A DNA stretch of 53,212 bases, filler included, from Jimgerdemannia flammicorona (GCA_003990765.1; 2 parts of 2 records of this genome joined end to end with filler, not necessarily neighbours in it), one strand, 5' to 3'. Shown: positions 34,659-48,479, numbered from the whole stretch's first letter. Numbers and translations: made by a program. The notes: generated by a model not told the origin, from the letters alone.

Positions 34659-36464
34659 TTAAGCATAATATAGATATTTGGTATGTTCCCACACAATATC
34701 CACCCCGGACAATCGGCCCTTGCTCAAGACTTGGCCACTAACACATACGTGACATTCTGTCTTTCCTGACAACACGTCTTCGATCACTACAAACAAACTC
34801 TCATTATATCTGTCCGCCTTTCTTTCGGCATGGTACATCCGGTAATGTGAAACGGATCCTGGAGGGCGACCGGCGATGATAGTGTTGAGGTACCGGTTCT
34901 GGAAGTAGGGCAGCGGCAACAGCGCTATTCTCCAGCTTCCACTCAACGCATCAGTCAGGATTACCTTCCACAGATTAGCGCGTGGTCTGATTATGTGGGA
35001 GCTCACCTCTGACAGATATTCGGCACGCATTCTATTCGCATGACTAAGCACAGGGGAATATTCTGCATCGATAGCTGCATGTATAGAGGTCCCACGGTCG
35101 GTCAGGCATTGAACAAAACTGTCAAGTTTGCGTATCTTCTCGAATCCTGCTTCGTTTAGACACTCGTCGATGGCCCACCGCTGCCGGAGTGTGTCGTCGG
35201 CGTCAAAATGCACAGAGCACAGGCCCGAGTCGAGGAGAATCCGCGCCTTCGTTGTATTGATTTCTTCGACGGCGAGGAGCATGACACGCTGCCACGAGAC
35301 GGCGTAGGAAGCGCGTTGACGGAGATGGTGGTAGAGGCTGAGCATATCCATGGATGCGTAGAGGTAGTCTTCGTTGATCGTGAAGTTGTCGCCCCAGAGC
35401 CAGTCCCATAGCTCTAGGTTCTTCCGATCGTTTGCGTGGGATTTGTTGGCATTGACATACGCATACATAAGTTTGATTGAACGCTCCTTTTGAACGCCGT
35501 ACTCTTCTACTAGCATTTTCATCATCCCAGTGGAATCGCCGCCGCATTCATGTGCGCTCATCCACAAAATATTTGTGTCGATTGTATTGAATTCTCCATT
35601 TTCGCGGTATAGGTCAAGTAGGTACCTTGTTGCCTTTAGATTACCACATTTGATGGCTCGAAAAACTAGAGATTCATCGCCTTTTTCGAGCAACAATTTG
35701 GCCTTATCGCAGGAGATCAGATATTTGACAAGGTCTCCACAGTCGCTGTGCTGCACGAGCACGGCAAAAAGGACATTGCCGCAGAGGCTGTAATGATACA
35801 CATTCGCACCGTAATTATGAATAAGATCACCAATCATTCCACGATGGTAGGCGTCCGGACGGCAAGCAAAACGCGCGAGAACCCAGCCGTTGGCATAATC
35901 GACGGGCGCCCCTTGCTCAATCATGAAAATCGTCTCCTCTTCCTTATACCAGAATGCGACGTGCATCAGGACGCCGTCGCGAAGCTCGAGAAATTTACGC
36001 GGATGACGGGAGTGGAGCATCCGGAGGACGGCCAGATCAAAGAAGTTCGGGTTGTGTGGGGCAGGAACTTTGAGATAGGCGCGGAACTGCGGCTCGAAGT
36101 CAATGTGCCAGCGGCCTCCGAAGGCGTTTGCCCAGGCGAATTCGTCCGTCGGTCGAGTGAAGAAATTATTCATAGGCGACATCTCAGATTGGGGCACCAG
36201 ACGGCGAAGCAGCCGCCGCTGAGCCGGAAGCCGCCGAAGCGGCCGCCACTGAACCGGCTGCCGGGGAAGCAACGGCTGCTGAGCCAGCCATTCTGTTTTG
36301 ACCCAAGGCGTGTAGGCTAGGTTGAAGAACTGTCGAGATACGAGGCACCATACGCGCAGGTTGGATAGGATGATGATTTCTTCTAGGACAGTAATGGGTA
36401 GTTGCGTAATGTGAGTCGCATTGGCGTCTTCGCGGATGGTTGCGGGTAGTTTGGTGAAGTCCAT
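34659..36464 (-). CDS. N-terminal F-box-like plus ankyrin-like repeat protein, intronless
   Basis: About 601 aa from MDFTKL. F-box-like ITQLPITVLEEII...LVSRQFFNL; ankyrin-like MIEQGAPVD, LIHNYGANV and LVFRAIKCGNLKATRYLL. Confidence 0.7.
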   Translation of the reverse strand: MDFTKLPATIREDANATHITQLPITVLEEIIILSNLRVWCLVSRQFFNLAYTPWVKTEWLAQQPLLPRQPVQWRPLRRLPAQRRLLRRLVPQSEMSPMNNFFTRPTDEFAWANAFGGRWHIDFEPQFRAYLKVPAPHNPNFFDLAVLRMLHSRHPRKFLELRDGVLMHVAFWYKEEETIFMIEQGAPVDYANGWVLARFACRPDAYHRGMIGDLIHNYGANVYHYSLCGNVLFAVLVQHSDCGDLVKYLISCDKAKLLLEKGDESLVFRAIKCGNLKATRYLLDLYRENGEFNTIDTNILWMSAHECGGDSTGMMKMLVEEYGVQKERSIKLMYAYVNANKSHANDRKNLELWDWLWGDNFTINEDYLYASMDMLSLYHHLRQRASYAVSWQRVMLLAVEEINTTKARILLDSGLCSVHFDADDTLRQRWAIDECLNEAGFEKIRKLDSFVQCLTDRGTSIHAAIDAEYSPVLSHANRMRAEYLSEVSSHIIRPRANLWKVILTDALSGSWRIALLPLPYFQNRYLNTIIAGRPPGSVSHYRMYHAERKADRYNESLFVVIEDVLSGKTECHVCVSGQVLSKGRLSGVDIVWEHTKYLYYA

Positions 36465-36699
36465 CGCGGTGGTTTCTTGGTGGACGATTTCGAGTCGTTT
36501 GGTGAAGTGTATCACTGGGTGGACTGCGGAATTTAATCGGCAAATCGGCGCTGCGCCGTATTCGGCACGTGACACAACGAGAATCGTTATTTGAGGTGAA
36601 GTTTATACACTATGGCCTATCTGGATTTTATCTTATTTATTTCCCTGTACAATTTAAAACTTGCGTACGCTTTACACTACAGTGTGTTTACCAACCTAA

Positions 36700-37375
36700 C
36701 GAATTGGCGTTGACATGCGCATGATTGAACGCTCCTTTTTGACTCCGTACTCTTCCACGAGCACTTTCATCACCCTGGTGGCCCCGTCGCAATATGTGCG
36801 TCCATCCATAACGTATTTATGTTGAATATGTTGAATTCTCCATTTTCGTGGTCCAAGTCAAGTGTATATCTCGTGGCTTCGCCACCATCGTTGTGCTGCG
36901 CTAGCACGGCAAAATGAACATCTCTACAGATGTTGCCATTGAATAAGCTCGGGGTCGTAACAATGTATAAGGTCTCCAATCATTCCGCGATAGTAGGCGT
37001 CTGGCTGACAAGCAAAACGCGCGACAACTCAGCTGTCGGCGTAATTGATGGGCGCCCCTTGCTCGATCATAAAGATGGTCTCCTCTTCCATGTACCAGAA
37101 TGCGACGTGCATCAGCACGCCGTTGTGAAGCTCGAGAAATAGTTGCAGAAGAATTTCGGGTTATGCGGAGCAAGAACTGGTATGCGCGGGTCTGGGGCGT
37201 CGAGTTTCCGAAGGCGTTTGCCCAGGTGTCCGTAGTGGAGACGTGTTATAGGCGCACCAGCCACCGCCCCTTCGGCTGCTGAGCCAGGTATTCGGTATTG
37301 ACCCAAGGCGTATAGGCTAGTTCAAGGAACTGGCGTGATACAAGGCAGGTCGGATAGGACAATGACTTTAGTTGG
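36700..37375 (-). pseudogene. Deleted and frameshifted tandem paralog of the F-box/ankyrin gene
   Basis: Collinear homologous blocks, e.g. TGATTGAACGCTCCTTTT (36722 vs 35474), CCAGAATGCGACGTGCATCAG (37095 vs 35949) and ACCCAAGGCGT.TAGGCTAG (37301 vs 36301), with large deletions. Confidence 0.8.
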
Positions 37376-37569
37376 GGGAGGTGAGCAAGCAGGTTTTAAC
37401 CAAATTACGATGTCGCCACACATTACCCTCAGCTTTGTGTTACATCGACCTCGTGTGAAGACCATTACTAAGCCACCAGAGATAACATTAAAGTGGCTGC
37501 CTCAAATGTCGTCCAACACTCGGAAGGTACTGGACTTATTTTTAGCTCACTTATCTTCATTTATGCACA

Positions 37570-38702
37570 CATCTCCCAACTCACGACGTCTCCTTCCGCG
37601 GTCGCTGCGTTGGTCGTCCTTCGTAAGGCCACCTTCCAAAGGGTAAACCTGCGTGCCGAAGTCGCGGCAGCGAAGAATGTTGTCGGCAACGTCATGGAGC
37701 AGCCTTTACGTGGAGTCTGAGTGGCGGATAATGTCGTACCCACGAATCTCCGCGAGCTTATCAACAGCGGGCTGGACGTTATCGACCGGACCGTTCATAG
37801 ATTACCATCCTGGGACGGACGATGGTTCAAGCCCTCATCCATCCTTCCTTGTTCCCGTACGTCAAAGGCGTCAGCACCGTTCGGGACCTGCTCATCTTGC
37901 CCCATTTGCCGGCGGCTCAACTTCAACATAGTTGGGGTTGGGGGTGGGATTCATGGCAATACCAGTGGCTCCCATCCCAATTTTACGGCGAAGACGGTCC
38001 TACCAGCGTCAAGTCGTACATCAACAACCTCGACCTGTCTCACCAAGATTTGTACAAGGCCGTGGAACTGGGCTTCTCACTGTTCCTTCCAATGTTCGAG
38101 CGAATCTTGGAGATGCACCTTCGCTCGCGCGAGCTGCAAGTCATTGTCAAGGCGGTCAACTCATTATTTCGCCAGCTGATAAGCCGTACATAGAGGAGTG
38201 GCATGTGGAAGGAATGTCACACGAACACATCATCACCTCTGGTATCTACTACTATTCGACCTCTCCATATGTTAGGGACAGGGGGCTCGAGTTCCGGAGG
38301 AATACCTTTTACGGACGCAAACCGGAGGGCCAAGTCCAGACGTCTGAGGGCCGACTGATCGCTTTCAGCAACAGGCTGCAGCATCGAATGCCCGGGATCT
38401 TGGGCAATTCGAAGAACGAGGTCGGTATTTGCAAGATCCTTGCTTTTCTTCTTGTTGATCCCGAACGTGAGATTGTGTCCACCAAACACGTGCCGGAGCA
38501 GCAATGGGTCAGCGAACGGCCCCGGGTAATGACGGCGCTGAATGAAGTGGTGATGAGGACGATCGGGAGGGAGATGCCGACCGAAATATTGCTCGAGATT
38601 ATTGAGTGGGCTAAGTCGGGATTCACGTGGGAAGAGGTGAGGCAGCATCGGTTGAAGTTGATTGATCTGAGAAAATATCGCACTTCCATCGCACAATTTT
38701 GA
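37570..38702 (+). pseudogene. DUF4246 family (putative 2OG-Fe(II) oxygenase-like) pseudogene
   Basis: Motifs DYHPG, LIHPSLFP, YQWLPS, SYINNL, LQVIVK, WHVEGM, GRLIAFSN.LQH and FLLVDP spread over three frames. TGA at 37718 and frameshifts near 37790, 37821 and 38161. Confidence 0.8.
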
Positions 38703-39333
38703 AGACGCGCATCGCGACATATTTAATGCCCAGAATCGTAGTCGATGTTTAATTACTCAGCTGAGAATTAATAAATATATTGGATCTGGGCAACTCCGTG
38801 ATTAGTTCGCCACTACGACGTGATCCTACTGGCCCATTAAATCTGAACTTGAGTGTGGTTATTGAGCGAAAGTGTGCATGAGGGGAATCTCGAATGTGTC
38901 CATTGCGCCGTTCGTAAGAGCTCCCGAAAAATATAAGAGGGAGATAGACAGGGCGCGAAACCAAACGACAAGAATTGTTCTCGCTTTTCATACACGATCG
39001 CATCTGGAAAACTACCAAGATTCTCAACAGTTAATTTTTTTTTTTTCCCCTAACCAAAAAAATTGCAAATTTTTTTGGAAGATTCTCATAAATCCAGGTC
39101 GGAGAGTAGCGACGGTCAGTCGTCCGTGGGTGTGTGTTATTCGTTTTCTGATCAACAATCTTCAACAATCGGTTAGGTGTTCGTACAATGGTAAAATTAC
39201 GTTCATGGAATAGGCGTCATCCTTTGACGTGGCGTCAGTTATAAGACAACGGTTTTGGAGTATCTCAATCCTTTTAGGTTTCTCTGATTTGTATTTTTCT
39301 CGATAATGTTTTCTTCTTTTGTTTGTGGTTTGT

Positions 39334-39389
<56 letters not shown>

Positions 39390-39390
<1 letters not shown>

Positions 39391-42300
39391 GATTCTCTCA
39401 TCTTTTCCTAAGTCAAACTCAAATTTGATATATATGGTAAGGAGGAATTTGAAACCTTCTGAGTCACTCCTGAATACTGTTAGCCTAGGATATATTACCA
39501 ATGATAAAGCATGAAATGGTACAAGAGCAGATCATTTATTTGACATACTACCAGAATAGCTCACAAGTGATTTCCACAATAGTACTTGGCTAGAATTAAG
39601 ACCATGGTTAAGCAAATTCTAACAGCTAGACCAATTCTGTCTCAAAAATAATTCCATAGACCTAAAAAGAAAAAATCATAAACCAAGAAGGAAGAACCTA
39701 AGTATGAATTATTCAGAGCTCTCTCTGTATCTACTTCTTAGATACTCTGTAATCCTGAATCTATCTAGTTAAGTATCTTTAAGAAACTCACAGAAGGAGA
39801 AAGAAATGAACTCAAAAGAAGTGGAGTATGCTTCTATTGCTGAAAGATAGGACATATAGCCAGTGTCTGCCTTAACCAAAAACTCTAAACTATAATATAA
39901 GCAACTGCCATCACTCTGTACCCTCTCAACAATCTGACTACCAAAATACTAGACTTTGTCAAGTTAAGGAAAACAGCCATTACCCCTACTAAAGAAAGCC
40001 AAATGATAGTTAGATATAATTTATATATAGCCAAAGAAGTTATAATTTCTAACTGAGAAGTCAAGTAAGTCTATACAGGAATCAGTATTCAAATCTCTGA
40101 AGGATATATTGGAAGAATATATTGTTGTAGCAGCTTAGTATTAAAAGAACTCTCAGTAAAAGAAGGAGTCATTGATGAAGATTATATAGATAAAATTATT
40201 ATTCTCATTAAGAACTATAGTTTGATACTATTCAAGATCTCTATTAGTTACTATATTGTTCAGATCTTATTTAAGAAAATTAAGTCAACTCTGATAGTTA
40301 AAAAGTCTCTGAACTACTATCTACTATTTAAGAATTCAAAGGATTTAGCTTATCAAACATAGCCCCAGCTCAATCTATTACAAATAAGAAGAAATAATTC
40401 TATAGAAAAATCAAAGATAGATTTATATCTAGTGATCAATACCCTCATAGTATTGGAATATACTCCTTCTGAATGATTGACAATTGCTTCTTATATATCA
40501 ATAAATTAGTTCAATAATGAGCTAACAGAAGGAAGCCTCTTATAATCAAAATTACCACTATTAGATCAGACAAACTGCTTACTCTATAAGCTTTTGTTAA
40601 TCAAGCCCCTGTTAAGATTATGATAGACAGCAGTGCCTCAGGCAATTTCATCATTAAAGAAACAGTCAATAGACCTAAAGTCTTGATCTCTCTAGTATAA
40701 CAAATCTAAGTAGTTATTACTACTAATGGAACCTTATATATTACTAGCAAGGAAGTTTGTAACCTATTCTTCAGAATTGATAACTATTGAGTATATATTA
40801 CTCTCTAAATCATACTACTCCTAGACAATGAGATTATTCTAAGAACACTATGATTAAAATATAAAAACCTCATAATAGATTAAGTGAACCATTTCTTGAC
40901 TATTAAAAAAGGATGCTACAATTTTAAACAGCAAGACAAAAGAGATCCACTCAGCTCTAGAGACCTTGATCTAAAGATTACATATATCAATAAACTACAA
41001 CTTAAGAAATTAATAAAGAAATGTCCTCTCTTTACTATCTTTATATATCAATCTAAAGCAGAACCTGAGAATATCAAAGAAGACTTTTTCAAAGTTAATA
41101 GTTGTATCAGACCCTTATTCTAGAAATTTTGAGATATATTCTTAAAGAAACTTTCCAAAGGTTTACCACTCAAACAAGCAGTTGACTATATAATCAAGAC
41201 TATTTCAGATACCAAGTCAACCTTCAAGTCAATCTACTATATATCTTCTAGAGAAATTAGTACACTCAAGAGAGAGGTTGATGGGTCTCTAGGATAAGGA
41301 TTTATTAGACCTAGTATATTACCATATAGTATATTAGTTCTCTTGATTATCAAGAAAGGAGAAGACCTCTAAATATATATTAATTACTGAGACCTCAATG
41401 AACAGATCATCAAGAACTATTACCCACTACTCCAAATTAATAAAATCTTCAATAGGCTTACCAATCTATAATTTATGAGCTCTTTTGACCAATAAAATAG
41501 TTACTGACAAATTGCTATAAAAGAAGAATATATCTACAAAACTATCTTTCAAACTCACTATAGATATTTTAAGTTCTTAGTTATGCCCTTTAGCTTAACT
41601 AATGCTCTCACAACCTTTCAGACTCTGATGAACACTATCTTATATCTATATCTAAACAAATTTGTTATTATCTATATTGATGACATTCTAGTCTTCAGCA
41701 AAACTATGGAGAAATATCTTGAATATCTTGAACTAGTACTACTGAAACTCCAAGAAAACTATCTCTTTGTAAAGCTTAGTAAATATTAATTCCTTCTGAA
41801 GAAAATTCAATTTCTTAGATATATTATTACTCTTAATGAAATCAAAGTAGACTCTAGCAAAATCTCTGTAATCAAGAAATGACCCAGACCCAAAAAGCTG
41901 AAAGACCTTCAATCATTTCTAGGATTAGCAAAGTATTACAGATGATTTATTATGAACTTTGCAAAGATTACTACTGCTCTTACTCAATTGACTAAGCATT
42001 ATAAAAAAGATGGACAAATCTAGACTATAAAGTAAGAAAAAGACTTTAATAATCTTATTAAATAGGGACCTAAATAATACTTAGCCTTTCAAGCCTTGAA
42101 AGATACTCTGATAACCACTTCAGTACTTTAAGAAGCAAATTCTGTCCTACTATATGAAGTTACTACTGATATCTCTGATCTAGCTCTTAGAGTAATACTT
42201 ATACAAAAAAGTCACCTTATGGTCAATTATTCTCATAAGTTCAATAATACCAAAATTAACTATATTACCTATATAAAGAAAATATTAGCCATTATAGACA

Positions 42301-45300
42301 CTCTGATTAAATAGTATCTATATCTCAAAGAAGTATACTTTACTATATTGATAGATTATAAATTATTAATCAATATCAAGATCTAGACAACTTTTTCCCA
42401 AAAGTAAGCCAGATGGATAAAAATTCTTACAAATTTTAACTATGAAATCCAATACTGCTCTAATAAGAAAAATATAGTTACCAATATAATCTCTAGACTA
42501 CTAATTGAAGAAGTCATACAAACTCTTACTCTGCTTATTAATTTCATTAAAGAACAAATTATTGTAGTATATATTAATAATAAAAAAGCTCAAGCACTTT
42601 AAGAAATCCTAAGTAATAATGATATTAATAAGTATTCTCAGTATTACTAATACTAATTAAAGAACAATACTATTATTATAAAAATAGACTGTATGTTTCT
42701 AACAATTGAAGCCTTCAAAGGACTATTCTATTTGATTATCATAATGTCCCTATAGTCAGATATCTTAGATTTGACCAATACTATAAAGTTATCTTCTGAA
42801 ACTTCTATTGATCTCATATAGTAGACTAGGTGAAGACCTATATCACTTCTTGTAATATCTGCTAATATAATAAATCTTTAACTCTAACAAAACCTGAACT
42901 ACTTTACTCTATTCTAGTACTATCTGTCAATTAATAATAAATCTCTATAGACTTTATTATACAACTATCCCAAACTAAGAATAAGTAAAATACAATTATT
43001 GTCTTTATCAATTATCTTAGCAAACAAGCTCACTTTATATCTATCTACACAATTACAATAATATATACTCTTATTTGACAATATCTTACTATTATAGTCT
43101 TTCTAAGATCATTATTAGTGACCAAAATCCAAAATTCACTAGCTATTTTTGAAAGGCTCTATACTTATACCTTAGAATAAAGCTTGTACTATCTATAGCT
43201 TTTTACTCTAAAACTGATAGTTAAACTGAAAGAATAAACTAAACCCTAGAGCAAATGTTAAAAAACTATATTTTCTATAAGTAAGACAATTGGCATAAAT
43301 ACCTTACCATAGTCAAGTTTGTCTATAACAATAACAAACAAGCTTCTCTTAAAATAACCCCATTCTTTACTAATATAGGACAAAATTCAAACACCTCCTG
43401 AATCTTATTAGAACTACAGATAAACTCTCTACTATTGAAGCTGTTGAAGAATTTCTACTCTAAATATACAACTTGAGCCAAATTATAATTAAGAATGTAT
43501 CTTAAGCTCAAAACCAATAATCTCAGTATATCAACTAGTACTATTGAGAAGAAACTTTTGACATTAGTGAAAAAGTCCTACTAAATACATATCTGAGAAT
43601 ACTGAGTTAATAATCTCAAGTACAGATCTTCTATAAAGCTGAATAGTAAGTTTATCTGACTTAGTGCTCTGAATGAGTCAATTTAATTTAGATTAGATTT
43701 AGATTGAATTCAGATTGAATCCTATCTGGATCAACTTGGATGGGATTTGAATCTCATTTAGATCAATCATTGTTTTAATTTCCAAATTAGTCAATTAAAT
43801 ATTTACATCAATAACCTGATGAATGATCATCCAATTTTGATAATCTTGATATATTTTGAAAACCTCTAATAAGGCCTTTCTAATGATACCAAGAATATTA
43901 AAATTGGATTATACATTGCTGAGCTATTAAGGAAAACATTCTTTTGAAGAAATTTCCAAAATCAGCAAGTTGAATAATTTCCAAATTTGGTATGTCAGAT
44001 ATTTTCCTTGATAACTCAGCAATGCATAATCCAATTTCAATATACTTAATATAATTAGAAAGACCTCATTAAGAGTTTTCAAATGATACTAAGATCATCA
44101 AAACTGAATGATTATTTATTGAGTTATTGATATAAATATTTAATTATCTAATTTGGAAATTGAAACAATAGTTGATTCAAATCAATCCAGATGAGATTTG
44201 AATTTCATCTGAGTTAATCTAGATGGAATTTTAATTTGATCCAGATCAACTCATTTAGAGTACTAATCAGACTATTCAAAGTCATTATACAAGTTTCTCC
44301 AATAGTTTACAAACTAGCCCTATCAGATACTATCAAGATTCACCTAGTCTTTAATGTTCAACATCTCAAGTGATATAATGAAAATAATGATAAACTATTT
44401 TCACATCAAACTGTAAAACCACTAATATCTGTCACTTTTAATAATTATAAGGAATATGAAGTTGAACAAACTCTCAACAAATATAGCCATAAGAACCACC
44501 CAGAATACATTGTCAAATAGAAAGGTTATCTGATCTATGATGCTACATAGGAACTCAGAACAAATCTTTAGAATACTACTAACTTAGTTTAAGAATATGA
44601 TTTTTCAAACAACTAGTCAAAATACTCTAATACCTATTATTACCATACTATATATATTACTCCTTCTGAATACTGTTAAAAGCACTCTTATAATTATTAT
44701 GAACAAAATCGAAATCTCAGCTACATCTTCAGCAAATCAAGATAAAAGAAATACTAACTCTCTAAAAAATTAGCAAAACTGAAGTCAGCCTATTTTCCCT
44801 ATATAATTGATGAGAAATAAGATATAAATATTTAAGAAGATTTTTTAGAGAAAATTCTCTAGTAATAAATAATATCAGAATTACTTCCAGTATATAGCAT
44901 TGAACATATGATCATTTAATATATGAATTCAATACATATATTAGATAACTGTACTACAAGTATGCCACTTTCTGAAAAAATTAAAGTTACTAGACTTTTG
45001 ATCATCTAATTAGTATAACAATAATAGACAAATTAGAAGAACTCAATAAGAATGTCAAAAACTAAGAAGGAGAGAGATATAAGTATACAATCTCTAAGTT
45101 ACTGAAATTATATATGTATCACCCTTAGAAAAAATTCAGAGATAATGATGCTGAGTCAAACTGAAGTTACAGATTATGAAGCTGAGTCAACTTGAAGTTA
45201 TAGAATATAAGATATACAAAAACAGAATCTTACTAATTAAGATCTAAAGTATATATATACATATACTAAATATATAATATATCAAAACAGAGAACTATAA

Positions 45301-46640
45301 TAAATCAAAATAATAATTATAAATATTAAATATATATCTAGCTATAACTACTGAAATCTATAACTACTGAAATCTATAACTACAGTTATGCTGACATTTA
45401 GAATGTTATTATTAACTGATCTATAGCACCTCTGTCTCTTATGAATATTCATAGCTTAGTACTCCTCTATTTCATAGAAGTCTGATGGAATACTCTAGAA
45501 GATATAGTTAACTACTACTATGATACAGATATTATCAAAATATCTCAACATCAGAAACTCATTATATATAAACACTGGAAATATTTTTATAAGTACAGAA
45601 CCTATATTTTCTACCTCTAAGTCACTATTACCAAAATGGTTGCTACTCTGACCTATGGCTAAATCAATGATATAGTACAAGAACTCAATTAGAAATATAT
45701 TGAGTATACTAACTATATCCTATAAATGCCTTAAGTGAGATATATCATGAAGGATATCTATAATATAATTCAGTTCTATAATAATGAAGCAGAAGATAAT
45801 GATCTCTCTGATACTGATATGATCTCCAACCAAAGATCTTTGCCAATTTTAGTCATTCTACTAATCTTACCAATAAACTTATAATAGTTTATAACTATCT
45901 ATAAGACCTACTGAAATAATGACTACTGGTATGAGTATCTACTTACATTTATATCTGACTACTTTAACTATAATAAAGAAATAGATGAACATAATTTATA
46001 CCTCCAGACAACTCTTAAGATAGAACCAATGATTCCATCTCCCAAGTATGAGCAATATGAAGAACAACTGTTAGCTTACTGTAACTTTGCAATATATAGT
46101 ACCATAATATACCAAAGATATGCTGATAGTAAATCTGATAAAAGCAAAGATAATATATTTCTTCTCTACTTACTAATACTATATCCAGCATATGAAACAG
46201 ATGATATTATTCTATGGGATGATTACTTTATTTCAATATACTACTATATAAATAAATAAGGAGACATAATCCAGAAACTACTCTTTCTAGATAACTACTT
46301 TATCAGAGATAATATCATTGATAGTAATTTTATCAAAGAGTAGCCAGTTAGTATTTAAATCTATAAATAGCTTAGCAGTCATTAGTATAGTTAGATTAGC
46401 TTAGTACTATATAACTATATTCTAACTCTTCAGTTAGTAGATCTCTTGATATATCAGTTCACACTTTGTATTATATAACTGTATTCTAACTTATCAAGTA
46501 CTAAAGTGCTGTATCTATATTTAGTCTAGCCCAGATAGCCACTCATTATTATAAATACTCTCTCTCCCAGATCTTAAGAACTCAGACAGAAATTGAGATA
46601 AGAATCAGACAAATACTTCTTCACACAAATATCTCATCAC
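39390..46640 (+). mobile_element. Degenerate Ty3/Gypsy chromovirus-like LTR retrotransposon, 5' part missing
   Basis: CFYC*KIGHIASVC knuckle about 39828; protease IDSSASGNFI about 40620; RT MPFSLTNA and YIDDILVFS at 41583-41700; RNase H; integrase; chromodomain EYEVEQ..YIVK*KGY at 44452-44530. 3' LTR limits uncertain. Confidence 0.85.
43662..44265. mobile_element. hAT-type foldback MITE nested in the Gypsy integrase
   Basis: TAGTGCTC...GAGTACTA ends, arms inverted over most of the length, and an 8-bp TSD ATCTGACT/ATCAGACT interrupting the KFIGPFKV-like motif. Confidence 0.8.
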
Positions 46641-46649
46641 ACACTACTT

Positions 46650-48240
46650 CTAGTATTAGCTAATAGTAATATCATAAATAGTGAATAAACCCTACAAATC
46701 ACTCTTAAGTAAAACCATACTTTATTAGGTCCCACTTCTAACTAGATCTAGAAATTTCCTAATTGATATTGTCTGTAGTAATATACTAATTCAACTAAAC
46801 TAGTTTTAGTTTCTTGAACTTTCTATAATAGGGAAAATTCAGAATATTCAGAACAAGACTAAGAAAGGACTTTGGTTGAGATATCAATCTTATCTTGAAA
46901 TTAATAAGCATAGAGAATATACTCTATATAAAATTGATCTTGATCTTAAGAAAATAGTCTTTTAGAATATCCAGACTTTCAGAAAACTCTTTCAGAACTA
47001 TATAATAGTACTCTAACAAAGTACTCTCTTATAGTGATACTGTTATTCCTTTAAAGATATTTTCAGTATAGCTAAAGTTGAGATATATGAAATACTAAAT
47101 GAATTTTTTTGAAAGTTATCAAAAGATTCAACTTATATGTAACAGAACTATACTTCTCTAAGATCTTAAATACTCTTCTTTAGTCTTATATTATTTAGAG
47201 TCAGATATATATGATATACTGAGTAATTCTTATTTGTCTTTTTTTTAAATAGCTTCTCTTCTATTTTTGTCAGTATATACTATTTATATTCTTTGGACCT
47301 TACTAGATGGTATCTTATATAATATCAGTAATTTTTTATACTATTAGTATTGTAACTTATATGTTAGTTATGGGAGTTTGGGAATATTATCTGTAATTTA
47401 GATAGAATAGAGTCATTTTTATACTTGTACCTATATTATTATTATATGCAAATTCAGCTAAGGTTAGTTTTTCATCTTAAATATTCAACTTATAGCTATA
47501 GTAGATATTAAGTATCTACTTCAGAATTTGATTGGTCTAGTTTGTTTGGCCATCTGTTTGTAAGTAATAGATAGTGGATATCTTGAGTTATATATACTTC
47601 TAGTCTCTTAAAGAGTACTTATCAGAAGTTACTTATGAATTTCACATCTCTTTCAGAGATAATTGCTGATAGTATGTAACTCATAAAGACAGAATATATT
47701 ATCTATACTATTTCTGGAGCTATTATAGTAGTGGTTATTATAATTAAATAAGTCTACTTACTGAGATAATTGATAAAGAAAATAATCACTTCTCTTTCCT
47801 TTTTTGTTTTTAACAGTTGGATAATAAAGTCCATTCTGATATAGTCCTAATTTTGAATAGAAATTAGTAGTAGCTATAGTATTCCAGCTAGAGCTTAGTT
47901 ACTGGGCTTATATCTTTAGCAAATATCATAAGATATAATATAGTTCTTAATATTTACTATTATCTTAGGCCAGTAGAAATATTAGATAATATTTTAGTAT
48001 ATCTTATCAAATCTCATATAACTAGCTATAGGTGTATCATATAATTCTTATAGTATTCATAGATAGATAGGAGTGTTATATAGGAATCTAAATTCTTATA
48101 TTGTTGAGTTATATATATCTATTTTGAACTAAAATAACTTATATATCTTTTTCAAGGATTTGCTTGATAATTTCTTATATATTAATATATATTTTATAAG
48201 TACTATGCTTCTTTATTAACTAATTTGTAATAAACACATA
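46650..48240 (-). mobile_element. Degenerate Ty3/Gypsy 3' fragment (integrase to PPT/LTR)
   Basis: Minus-strand remnants of the integrase zinc-finger region, FYWPK, MDFIIQL and VTYKL..IH.VFHISQL; heavily TA-enriched. Confidence 0.7.
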
Positions 48241-48422
48241 GTTCTCATACTATACTGGTAGCTCCAACCCACTCTCACTCTACTCTATCTCAACATATAC
48301 TCTCTCTTACCTTCTCTCTCTTAAATACTACCAGGTTATTAATCACTATAACTCACCTACTATTCTTCTTATATATCTCTTCTACTAGATATCTATAGCA
48401 ACCTCTTTGACAGCCTCACTCT

Positions 48423-48425
<3 letters not shown>

Positions 48426-48479
<54 letters not shown>

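Noticed and set aside
18604..36464. Skp1, BTB and F-box genes as one ubiquitin-ligase cluster
   Set aside because: The F-box gene lies across the artificial linker, so physical linkage is unsupported.
37718..37720. TGA at a Trp-like position suggesting recoding or an alternative genetic code
   Set aside because: The same gene has several frameshifts and other genes here use TGA as stop; it is a pseudogene lesion.
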